A stretch of DNA of 64,000 nt from Dehalococcoidia bacterium (GTDB lineage: Bacteria; Chloroflexota; Dehalococcoidia; Plut-88900). Below, in pieces: positions 19,401-27,119 of this stretch. Position numbers and translations under genes: made by a program. The notes below the pieces were generated by a model. It saw nothing but the letters and a program-made list of their open reading frames with translations. It made no database searches and was not told where the DNA came from. The stretch spans positions 800,001 through 864,000 of the forward strand of contig OZ240215.1 of assembly GCA_965197585.1 (NCBI GenBank), read 5' to 3'. Within the stretch, counting starts at the first letter, position 1. Each line of letters opens with the position of its first letter.

Positions 19401-19860
19401 CAAGCGTACTGGCATTGGCTCCGACTTCGAGATTGAGTATGACATGCTCGAAGAAGATGAAGAGATAGGTATCGAGTTATCACGGAATGGCCGAACCTGG
19501 CTGGTTGAAGTCAAAGCCACCCGAGAACACAGAGTTCGGATGACAGCGAGGCAGGCTGAAACTGCCGTGAAGAGAGGGGATGGATTCCTGCTCTGTGTGG
19601 TTCCTGTGGGGCATAGCGGATCCAAGCTGCAGAAAGACGACGTACGCACCAAAATGCGGTTCGTGCAAAACATCGGCCCCCGCGTAGAGCCGCTATGCGC
19701 AGAGCTGGATGCACTCAACGATCTGCGCGACGACGCCACAACCCCCAGTGACAGTGACATTCAACTGGAAATCGAGGCTGGCACGGCGCGCATACGTGTA
19801 GATAACGCCGCTTGGCAGAACGGAATCTGTCTGACAGACCTCCCAACTCAGCTCAAGTGA
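16489..19860 (+). CDS. Sacsin-type GHKL ATPase with C-terminal DUF3883/PD-(D/E)XK nuclease domain
   Basis: WELLQNARDA, FQHNGRGF, IGQYGSGF GHKL motifs; C-terminal GIGSDFEI...LVEVKAT. Confidence 0.85.
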   Translation: MVETSGHLSDNLLRWVSEAKRDVNQIEEWKSKVISKDEIKDRVLTENTAQGILNHLRELESNRARMQRRWIWELLQNARDAAADDDTHLVASVELGRGELVFQHNGRGFTMEEVAHLIYHGSTKLEDEKAIGQYGSGFLTTHLLSPEIDVSGQLSDERHFNFRLRREIVSTKALSDSMDRAWDEFDASTEALADSFTTRFRYPVAEESVGAVEEGIETLKQCAPFVVVFNRQFRRINIKSLEETTTFEVVERVPLEAGLQTVTVGVSEHGSLRERKYLLAEGELASVTIPMAPIDNGAICLPLEGIPRLFLGFPLVGTETFSFPAVTNSFAFTPTENRDGVFLGQSDDEANHTNQAVMEEACDLHVKLVEFVAKSRWANTHTLAAIPPISEQTWLSRDWIHDRLGHLVTQIRQTLAVISADAAFSPKDSIVPLAGEVMATEALWDLLCEIKTFRPKLPARNEADGWRAAVESWAAITGRDTTSFGEGYDGSKLVSFLEEATKGDDTDSGTFEGLENVLQHEVDAVEWLDRLYRFLKDEGFDNLIRESHVVLDQAGYLDKLSNLYRDNDIGEELKAIGDDVLDMGIRGRLRDTRLTSLADEIGKGELGNKDVIQEITDNLEELCSEGTLGDKFTQASPRLLAWLVTNKQWNYLTGFPAFSTRPEDGSCEVLWLGQKGGEDVEVPLAPIKAWTEDLQQYADLFPWRYIMAEEFFALLPEADVWPMLSGQGYVRTDVVVSGNKSRGDFLPDEPLADGEHKTVDAVALTDLILFTRDRVGVMARVRDSQARARLFWRFLTEWLIKRDPKGLELKTADCECGASHRYYSAMWLVPVVRNSWVPQGNDIRDRATAQSLAKLLRGSGWTPNALGDTSAALKLLEAIRVTRFDLMRHFVVSDDASRSALDDTMTNILVSTGGDLSHVRDFVEDMKTDKDLPQHLADRRERRRVVHENQRLGGLVEDLVKEGLEDEGFTVKRTGIGSDFEIEYDMLEEDEEIGIELSRNGRTWLVEVKATREHRVRMTARQAETAVKRGDGFLLCVVPVGHSGSKLQKDDVRTKMRFVQNIGPRVEPLCAELDALNDLRDDATTPSDSDIQLEIEAGTARIRVDNAAWQNGICLTDLPTQLK

Positions 19861-19917
19861 CCCAACTCAGCAACGATATTGGGTGTTGGCAAACGCCCGA
19901 GACAAAGGATGATGGCG

Positions 19918-21114
19918 TCAGGCGGCGATGCGAGTTAACCACGATGCCGCCCGGGCCAGCTCATCGTGGGGCATGAACCCCTCGCGATGCCACCATCCGA
20001 AAGCTCGACTACCTGGCATTAGCAGATCAATCTCCATTGCCTTTCTTCCTCCGCGTCCATGGTTGTTTGAAATTCCTGCGTGAGGAGCGGTCGTTCGCCG
20101 TACGAGGAGTTGCCTATTAGGCCACACTTCTTTCATTGCGGCGACACACATCTCTGCTGTACTTCGCCGCTGGTCACTCCTAATAAGAATCGCAGCACCT
20201 TTCTTCAGATGCTTCTTGGATTCCTGAAAAACCTGAGTGACTAAATCCTGGTAATCCTTCTGGTTTTCGAAGCGTGCTGACTTCGTCCAATTCTTACGCA
20301 ATGGGTATCCAAGCATCCACAGCCTGATCCAATGGTCATTCCAATAGTCAGTCACACCACAATATGGTGGTGACGTAACCAATAGGGCGGCATCAGCGTT
20401 GTGCTGCTGTGGAAGTTCCTGCCGTGAATCACCCAAAAGCACCGTCCCAGAAGCCTGAGCCGGGACTCCATGCTGATAGCGGCGCCTGATTTTGTCTTCC
20501 AGCATTGCTACCGGGTTAACGTCTGGCGGTCGAAGGAATCCTTTCTCTGTCCACCATTTCACGGCATACGTGGGCGAATAAGCAATGGTAGGGGACATGA
20601 CATTCGATAAACCGGCCCCTTGTTTGTCCTGCATGTGCAAGGTTATGAATGCCATGAGAGTGCGATCTACGATCGAGTCCCGCCAGTCGAGTTCACGACG
20701 CGCTGCTTTCAATAGCGCTCGCACTGCAGGGGCCCAAGCCATAGTCTCGAACCGGCTGCGGCTTCGCCTGTCACTGGGACGGCACGCCTTGGCAACTTCG
20801 TCAAGTCGAGCTGTAACGTGCGTGTCTTTAGGAGCGGGATGGAGTTTGGCCGCAGCGAATAACCACGCAATGGGGTTGATATCGATTCCCAGTGCATTTC
20901 TGCCCAGCACCGTGGCGGAGAAGGGTGCATTACCTCGCCCACAGAAGGGGTCGAGAACTGTTTCCTCCGGCTTGGTCAGGTTGATCACTACGTCGTGGAT
21001 GAAGGACTGCGGGAACATGGCATAGTAGCGTCCGAATCCGTACCATCGTCCGGCGGCTGTGCTACGGCTCCAAACACTTTTGTCCGACAATTCCGTCTGT
21101 GCTTGTTTGATCAT
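19918..21114 (-). CDS. DNA amino-methyltransferase (N4-cytosine type, alpha motif order)
   Basis: YYAMFP, motif I VLDPFCGRG, motif IV VTSPPY; ATGA overlap with nurA stop. Confidence 0.85.
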   Translation of the reverse strand: MIKQAQTELSDKSVWSRSTAAGRWYGFGRYYAMFPQSFIHDVVINLTKPEETVLDPFCGRGNAPFSATVLGRNALGIDINPIAWLFAAAKLHPAPKDTHVTARLDEVAKACRPSDRRSRSRFETMAWAPAVRALLKAARRELDWRDSIVDRTLMAFITLHMQDKQGAGLSNVMSPTIAYSPTYAVKWWTEKGFLRPPDVNPVAMLEDKIRRRYQHGVPAQASGTVLLGDSRQELPQQHNADAALLVTSPPYCGVTDYWNDHWIRLWMLGYPLRKNWTKSARFENQKDYQDLVTQVFQESKKHLKKGAAILIRSDQRRSTAEMCVAAMKEVWPNRQLLVRRTTAPHAGISNNHGRGGRKAMEIDLLMPGSRAFGWWHREGFMPHDELARAASWLTRIAA

Positions 21115-22424
21115 GTCACTAGGCTGTGGATCAGATCGGTGCCGGCCTTTAGTGGTATGGATGCCCAACGGTGAGCCCGACGCAATGCAAGAAATTGGTC
21201 ACTCCCCACGCCCAATGGTCCAGCTGTGCTGATAGCGTCTCCTAACGCACGCGGGTCGGACCGGTCTGTAAGCGGTGGTTCTGCTTCCGGCTGCGCGATG
21301 TTGAGAACCAGCCGCTGTCCTCTTGCAGTCTTCAGCACCAAGGGCCGCCCGTAGTGCGTAAGTTCACCCCAAGGCTTAGGGTAATCGGAATGTCCAGCAA
21401 TTATGTTTTCTCTAATGTACTGGTTGCTGGGCAACCAGACATGGTCAGGGGGGATACGTCTATTTGGTTCAGGTGCTCTGTCGAGTTCCTCTGCATGCTG
21501 GACAAATGGCCCACTCTTAACTCCGGACATGACCAGCAGCTGTGCGTCCGGACGAAAGTCCTGTAGCCTGTCTTGCACGCTCTTCAGTTCTCTACGAATT
21601 GCCTGAGCTAGTACGGCTATGGTACCAAACGCAGCGAGTTGGCCGTCCATCACGAATGCCGTGTTGGCCAAGGCGGTCAAGCCCTCATCGGATTGGACCA
21701 AGTAGCGGAGACTGTTGACCAAAGCGAGCATTTCTAGGGTTTGCATGACCCGGATGTGACACTCCACAGCTGATTGGTTTTCAATGAACTGCTCGTGAAC
21801 TCTGAGCGCATCGGTAGTAACGATTGTCGTTTCACAAGTGGGGCAAGTGTCATCAATGTTTGGTTTAGGTATCGATAGCTGAGTGCCATCACAATCGGGG
21901 TTTGGACATTGGCGAATCCTGTGATCGGCCCCCAGTACGTGATAAAGACTCTCAGCGAAAGTTTCACCCCCCAATGAGACTTTGTTTAATGTGTCGTTGA
22001 AGGAGCGACGAAACCATTCTCGTGGACCTATTCCATCAACCGTTTTGGCATTGGTCCCCGGTAGCAAAGCGCCTAAGCTACGTCCATCTTCGGTCTCCCT
22101 GAGTTCTCTGGGACTGACTGCACCGCTGACAGGTAGCTTTACCAGCGACGACAGCTTGCTGAGCTTGATGACCACTACCCCGAGGGATACGATTCCAGCT
22201 TGCGTATCCGGAAGTCTTCCTGGGAAGTTGTCATAGACCTGCGACCCGTCTATGGCGACCAAATGAGTCCTGGCATTCCCGGATGGACTCGGCCGGAAAG
22301 GTGGCAGGGCCAACACAGTTTCCTGGCTAGGCGGTTGTAACTGAGCACGGAATTCGGCGAACTCCGAGCTGTCGGCAATAGCCTGTATTGCGGCCAGACC
22401 TGCTCTCTCATCGGGGTAAGGCAT
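21111..22424 (-). CDS. nurA: NurA-family 5'-3' nuclease with Cys4 zinc-ribbon insertion
   Basis: LVAIDGS and FVMDGQL catalytic motifs, C-terminal AH; CPNPDC...CPTC insertion; adjacent to HerA. Confidence 0.8.
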   Translation of the reverse strand: MPYPDERAGLAAIQAIADSSEFAEFRAQLQPPSQETVLALPPFRPSPSGNARTHLVAIDGSQVYDNFPGRLPDTQAGIVSLGVVVIKLSKLSSLVKLPVSGAVSPRELRETEDGRSLGALLPGTNAKTVDGIGPREWFRRSFNDTLNKVSLGGETFAESLYHVLGADHRIRQCPNPDCDGTQLSIPKPNIDDTCPTCETTIVTTDALRVHEQFIENQSAVECHIRVMQTLEMLALVNSLRYLVQSDEGLTALANTAFVMDGQLAAFGTIAVLAQAIRRELKSVQDRLQDFRPDAQLLVMSGVKSGPFVQHAEELDRAPEPNRRIPPDHVWLPSNQYIRENIIAGHSDYPKPWGELTHYGRPLVLKTARGQRLVLNIAQPEAEPPLTDRSDPRALGDAISTAGPLGVGSDQFLALRRAHRWASIPLKAGTDLIHSLVT

Positions 22425-22450
22425 GTTGAACCCTGTAGTCAGCTATGAGT

Positions 22451-24634
22451 CTACGGTTGTCCGCTATCGGACTGCGCCGGTGGCGCGGAGTCATCTGGAA
22501 TCTGGAACTTGTCCAGTTGGACTGGCACGGTATACGCTTGGGATAGCGTGCGGATCCGCACGAATCCGCGCTCACTGACCTTCCCAATTTGCTCGATAAA
22601 GTCAGAGAAGTCCATATATCCCGCTACTACGCGGCGCTCAGCCTCTGAGTTAAGATAGGACAGTACCCAGTTGTCTGTTTCACTCAGGATTTCCGGCATC
22701 ACGGAACTCGGCGCCTGTGTGGCCAACACCATACCAATATTCAGCTTGCTTCCCTCCTTAGCGGCTCTCGCCCACACAGATGTCAGGTTATCGCGGGCAT
22801 TGACCCGTGGCAGGAGATTGTGAGCCTCCTCTATATAGACAATTATGTGCCCCTTCGTGGCCTGTGATTCGTCGGGAGGGGCGGTGGGGTCGTATTGCGC
22901 TAGGATGGATCGGAAGCGCTCCTGCTGCGACCTGAATATCCGCCACATGACCCGCTCTGCAGCGGCTTGGTTCTGTTCTGACTCCCCGGCTGATTGATCA
23001 ATGATGACCAGTTTGCCTTCGCGCAAGTCGTTCACAACGGCCTCTGCGAAGTCATTGGTGGTGTTGGGATTGTGTTGTTCTTGGGCAACTTGGAAGAACC
23101 TGGGACCGTTGCGTGACTCAAAGATGCGAAGGACGGCTCGAAACCTGGGATCGGCCCATGACTCATGGCTCGAGCTGTTGCTAATGTAGTTCTGCTCGAA
23201 CGTGGCGAAATAGCTTTTGCCATCGTCTATGAAACGAGAAAGTGCTGTGAAGACAGTTACAAGCTGGTCCCAAGTGATTCTAAATTGATTCTGTCTAGCT
23301 GATTCTAAGATGACCGCAGCTTGATGGTAGTCTGTTCGATGGTCGCTGTTGGCGTTGTTGTTCGCTCTCATGGCATTGATGAGGTCTTGCGAGAATAGAG
23401 AGTTCGGTCCAGGTCCTTGTATGGACGGCTGCCAACTCGGTGGCTGCAGCCCAGCAGCGATCAGTGCGGTTCTGTAGGCTAGAATCGCACGGAAATACCG
23501 GGTCTGTGCTCCCATATCTCCGGCACCGCTGGGCTCGACAGCGAGGTCCACATCCCGGAATGCTCGCATGTATTGGGACGGTGCAGTCGCCATGATGCCT
23601 TTGATTATCTCTTTGCCAGCCAACAACTGATCCAGGGCCTGCTCCACTCGTATGGTGTCCTGCTGTGTTTGCCAGGGCCTTGGAATCGGGTCTCCAAAGA
23701 AGTTCAGTTTCATGATTTTACGACCTCGGTCCCAGGGTACGGATATCAGTCCATAAGTCGCCACCTCAGCCTGTCGCGACAAGCCGATGGTCTCGTGGAC
23801 TCGGTGTAGCCCCTTGCCGTCTTGGTAGTTGTCTTGGGCATATTCACCGCTCAGATCAAAGATAATCTGGCCTATCCGATGTTCGGGATTATCTTGGCGT
23901 AACTTATAGATGCACTCAGCTACAATCTTTAGACCGTTGGATTTCCCAGAGCGAGACATACCGAAGTAAACGGTGCGCCTTTTCATGATGTCAGTGGGGT
24001 TGATTTGGAAGGCAACCTTGGTGCTATGCTCGGGTTCAGCGGCTGCAAATCGCGTACGCCCTATCCTAGTAGCCTTCTTGGCAATAGGTATGTCATTTGT
24101 GCGATGCTGATGATTTACGATCAAGTCCAGAGTGGCAGCATCTGGTTTCCACACCATCAATTGGTTGACGGAGTAGTAGTTGTCTATGTCCTCTGCATAG
24201 CGGTACTTGCTATCTTCCCATATGAAGGTGCCCAACACCGAACATTCCAGTCCGTGCAAGGATATCTTGTCCCTCACCCAGTCAGGGAGCCGATCAGCCC
24301 AGGGGCCTTGGTTTCCCGAGTCCTCAATGCTCTCTTGTCTTGTCTGGTCGTTCGCAGCTGTTGCAGGAAGCCGTGCTTCCTTTTGAATGCGAAGCAGAAT
24401 GAACGATTCGTCACCGTCGGGCTTGGCAGCTAAGAGAAAAGCATTCTTTGGTAGTCCACCCGCTTGCTCACGGTCGTAATCGTATACGGCCACTATGGCA
24501 CTGCTGTAGGAGATTGTGTAAACCGCACCCACCTTGAGAACCCGTTCACGGAACGGTCTGTTATCTAGTTGACCAGCACTTTGTATCAGACTGTCTATTA
24601 CTGTGTTGGGAGAGTCTTGGCTGTTCTCTTGCAT
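22451..24634 (-). CDS. herA: HerA/FtsK-like ATPase (DUF87)
   Basis: N-terminal HAS-barrel-like region, Walker A FGMSRSGKS, IFDLSGEY, YIEEAHN, KEGSK, LATQ. Confidence 0.85.
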   Translation of the reverse strand: MQENSQDSPNTVIDSLIQSAGQLDNRPFRERVLKVGAVYTISYSSAIVAVYDYDREQAGGLPKNAFLLAAKPDGDESFILLRIQKEARLPATAANDQTRQESIEDSGNQGPWADRLPDWVRDKISLHGLECSVLGTFIWEDSKYRYAEDIDNYYSVNQLMVWKPDAATLDLIVNHQHRTNDIPIAKKATRIGRTRFAAAEPEHSTKVAFQINPTDIMKRRTVYFGMSRSGKSNGLKIVAECIYKLRQDNPEHRIGQIIFDLSGEYAQDNYQDGKGLHRVHETIGLSRQAEVATYGLISVPWDRGRKIMKLNFFGDPIPRPWQTQQDTIRVEQALDQLLAGKEIIKGIMATAPSQYMRAFRDVDLAVEPSGAGDMGAQTRYFRAILAYRTALIAAGLQPPSWQPSIQGPGPNSLFSQDLINAMRANNNANSDHRTDYHQAAVILESARQNQFRITWDQLVTVFTALSRFIDDGKSYFATFEQNYISNSSSHESWADPRFRAVLRIFESRNGPRFFQVAQEQHNPNTTNDFAEAVVNDLREGKLVIIDQSAGESEQNQAAAERVMWRIFRSQQERFRSILAQYDPTAPPDESQATKGHIIVYIEEAHNLLPRVNARDNLTSVWARAAKEGSKLNIGMVLATQAPSSVMPEILSETDNWVLSYLNSEAERRVVAGYMDFSDFIEQIGKVSERGFVRIRTLSQAYTVPVQLDKFQIPDDSAPPAQSDSGQP

Positions 24635-24701
24635 ACAAAGTTCTCCTACGACAAACGTGTGACAACGAGGGAGTCGGTAAGGGTTAGTTCCACCATGGGC
24701 G

Positions 24702-24710
24702 ATTATAACA
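24702..24710 (-). promoter_or_regulatory. Extended -10 promoter for herA operon
   Basis: TGTTATAAT on minus strand ~70 nt upstream of herA ATG. Confidence 0.5.
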
Positions 24711-25366
24711 AAGTCGGTGATTCTTCAGCCAATGCAGGGCACCTCAATAGAGGATACGCCGTTGCTACAACGGTTGTCATAATAGCCTGCGGTATTGACA
24801 TGTGACCCCAAGGTGCCTGCATAATCGGACAAGCGCTACGTTTGCGCCTCGTTCAATCCCTCTGAGCACAAGGTTTACTTTCGCTCTCTACCCACATGCA
24901 TGATGATTAGCCCATTGCATTACTTATCTGCTAGTGTGACTCAGTTCTCTCCCGGATGGGCCTGTGTGCAAAATCGACAAGATGTGAGTCCATAGCTACC
25001 TCGGACGGCCTAGCTAGCCTGGAACAGCCCGACGGCATCCCGACGGCCTACTTGGCATCACTCGAAGTTTTGTTATCTCATACTCTTGCTTTCAGCAACA
25101 CCTAGATATCAATATTCCTCAAAAGGTCTGAGTGGTTGGGTAGGAAGATAATGCTTTCGGGAAGATTTTGAGAGTCATCCCTGATGTCTAATGAGAAACG
25201 GATTTGGTACCGCATTCAATAGAGGCGCGTAAAGATGCTCAGCGGCTCGCAGCGACCGTCGGCAATATAGCTCGGTCAAGCATCGCACCTAAGTAGTCCT
25301 CGCCAGCCATCAACTGCAGAATTGAGTACTGCACATTTCCACCCAGACCACCAATGGCTAATTGTT

Positions 25367-25681
25367 TCATCGGGAAAATGCCTCCAGGCCCACTCCATCG
25401 GGCACGTCCCGGTCGGGACACATCAAGATCCCGTCCCGGAGTCCCATGCTCTCGGCCAAGGTCAAAAGATAGAATAGACGGGCGGAACCTGGTACGACGC
25501 CCTTGCATCGCCACTCCCTGAGCCGGTAAGGGCTGACACCCAGTAGCCGTGCCATCGACCCCCAGGACATCCGGCTGGCCTCTTTGAAGTGCGCGAGCCG
25601 TTCAGGGAAGTCCTCAGGAAAGTCAACCTTGACGGGCCTGTGAACCCTCTGCTGCACCCCCAAGACGTTAGTTCTTCCCAT
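25367..25681 (-). CDS. XRE-like HTH protein
   Basis: FPEDFPERLAHFKEASRMSWGSMARLLGVSPYRLREWR. Confidence 0.75.
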   Translation of the reverse strand: MGRTNVLGVQQRVHRPVKVDFPEDFPERLAHFKEASRMSWGSMARLLGVSPYRLREWRCKGVVPGSARLFYLLTLAESMGLRDGILMCPDRDVPDGVGLEAFSR

Positions 25682-26039
25682 TCTTAGCATCAGGGATCGA
25701 TGCAACGCGGGGCATGAACGCCTCCCTGAAATCTGCCCCTTCGGCCAGGGCTGACAACACATCCGGCTTTGGAAGGAGGATGTCGACCCCCAGCAGTATG
25801 TGGACGCCTCCCGGGAACCGGGCCGCCAGGGTAAGGAGGGCAAACAGCGTGTCTCCGCAGGGCTTGGTGCCGTGACGCCAGCGGCGGACCTGCCGGGGGT
25901 CCACACCCATGCAGTAGGCCATGCCATCCCAGGTGAGACCACTGACCCTCTTGAAGTATTCCAGGCGCTCGACGAAGTCATCCGGCAGGAAGGGCAGGCA
26001 ATACAGGGTTTCAAGGGGAAGTAGGGAGCAGCGGCTCAC
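25668..26039 (-). CDS. XRE-like HTH protein (paralogue of downstream gene)
   Basis: LPDDFVERLEYFKRVSGLTWDGMAYCMGVDPRQVRRWR; GTGA overlap with upstream stop. Confidence 0.75.
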   Translation of the reverse strand: MSRCSLLPLETLYCLPFLPDDFVERLEYFKRVSGLTWDGMAYCMGVDPRQVRRWRHGTKPCGDTLFALLTLAARFPGGVHILLGVDILLPKPDVLSALAEGADFREAFMPRVASIPDAKNGKN

Positions 26040-26275
26040 TGGACAAGCTCCAAGATGAACAGGTCGTCGAAACTGTCGATCCCAAGGACATCCTGAAGGC
26101 GCTTTCGCATCTCGGCCGACGGGCAGCGGGTGCCGCTCATCAGCTGGGAGAGATATCCGGAGGTGATGCCAACCGTCCGCGCCAGTTCGTTCTGGCTCAT
26201 GTTCAGCTGGTCGAGACGGTCCCACACGCCGCGTTGCTTGAGCCTTACCCTCGATGCAGGGCGTCGTCCTTTCAT
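26036..26275 (-). CDS. XRE-family transcriptional regulator (Cro-like)
   Basis: MSQNELARTVGITSGYLSQLMSGTRCPS HTH. Confidence 0.85.
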   Translation of the reverse strand: MKGRRPASRVRLKQRGVWDRLDQLNMSQNELARTVGITSGYLSQLMSGTRCPSAEMRKRLQDVLGIDSFDDLFILELVQ

Positions 26276-26472
26276 TTCCCATCCTCCTTCTCGCCGTTGC
26301 CCTCCTCTACCGGGGCTGCGCGAACCCTACCTGCGGCATCCCCGGGATACAGTTCGGGGTTGGACATGTAGTGGCGGGCTATGATGCGTGCCAGGATTCT
26401 TAGGCTTTGCAGCCACATCTCCTCCTGTTCCCTAGTGAGTCGGACCTTGCTCATTGCGATTTCATCTCCCAC
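26272..26472 (-). CDS. Hypothetical protein
   Basis: 66-aa ORF (LRILARIIARHY), ATGA-coupled to downstream HTH gene. Confidence 0.65.
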   Translation of the reverse strand: MGDEIAMSKVRLTREQEEMWLQSLRILARIIARHYMSNPELYPGDAAGRVRAAPVEEGNGEKEDGK

Positions 26473-26662
26473 GGCAATCCTGCTTTACAAGAGACTAGTG
26501 TCCCAGCACATACTGTTGTATGATTCCGATAATAGAACATCTAAGCCATGATATGGCAGTCTAACAAAAGCGCTCTAACAATTGCAATCACTTCATAACT
26601 ACATAGCAAGCACTTCTTGGATAACGCTTGCAATAGTGTAACAACTAGTATCAGTTATGCTT

Positions 26663-26668
26663 TATAAT
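26663..26668 (+). promoter_or_regulatory. -10 box, probably giving a leaderless repressor mRNA
   Basis: TATAAT ending 7 nt before ATG 26676 in AT-rich divergent spacer. Confidence 0.5.
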
Positions 26669-26675
26669 GTGATCC

Positions 26676-27119
26676 ATGAGTGAAAGGGCACAGTTGAATC
26701 GGGGGGCTTCTATGAACGGGGAAATCGACCGCCGCGACGAGGACATCGGCCAGATGTTGAAGAGACTGAGAGCAGATACCAGCCTGCGGGGCGTCCAGCG
26801 CCTCACCGGCATCTCCAACGCCTACCTCTCCCAGATAGAGAAGGGCCTCCGCCAGCCTGGGCCGAAGGTCCTCAGGAGGCTGGCTGCCCTCTACGGGGTG
26901 GGCGTGCAGGAGCTGTTTAAGAGGGCCGGGTACCTGGAAGCGGAGAAAGAGGAGCCCAAGGCCAACGAGGCCACGGAGGTTGAGAGGGCCTACCAGTACG
27001 TCCTCTCCGACCCCGTCTTTCGGGTTGGCACCCGTCCCAGGGGGCCTCTCTCCGTCGAGTCCAAGCGATTCATAGTCGAGTTGTACGAACGATACACGGG
27101 AAAGAGGCTTCTCCAATGA
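26676..27119 (+). CDS. XRE-family repressor (ImmR/CI-like)
   Basis: SLRGVQRLTGISNAYLSQIEKGLRQPG HTH; divergent from Cro-like gene; coupled to ImmA-like gene. Confidence 0.85.
   Translation: MSERAQLNRGASMNGEIDRRDEDIGQMLKRLRADTSLRGVQRLTGISNAYLSQIEKGLRQPGPKVLRRLAALYGVGVQELFKRAGYLEAEKEEPKANEATEVERAYQYVLSDPVFRVGTRPRGPLSVESKRFIVELYERYTGKRLLQ

Noticed and set aside
19842-19890. 11-bp direct repeat CCCAACTCAGC around the sacsin stop as a target-site duplication
   Set aside because: Copies are only 8 nt apart with nothing inserted; more likely local duplication or part of a terminator
21111-24634. Housekeeping HerA-NurA DNA repair operon
   Set aside because: No Mre11/Rad50 (SbcCD) nearby, located in ICE cargo and coupled to a methyltransferase
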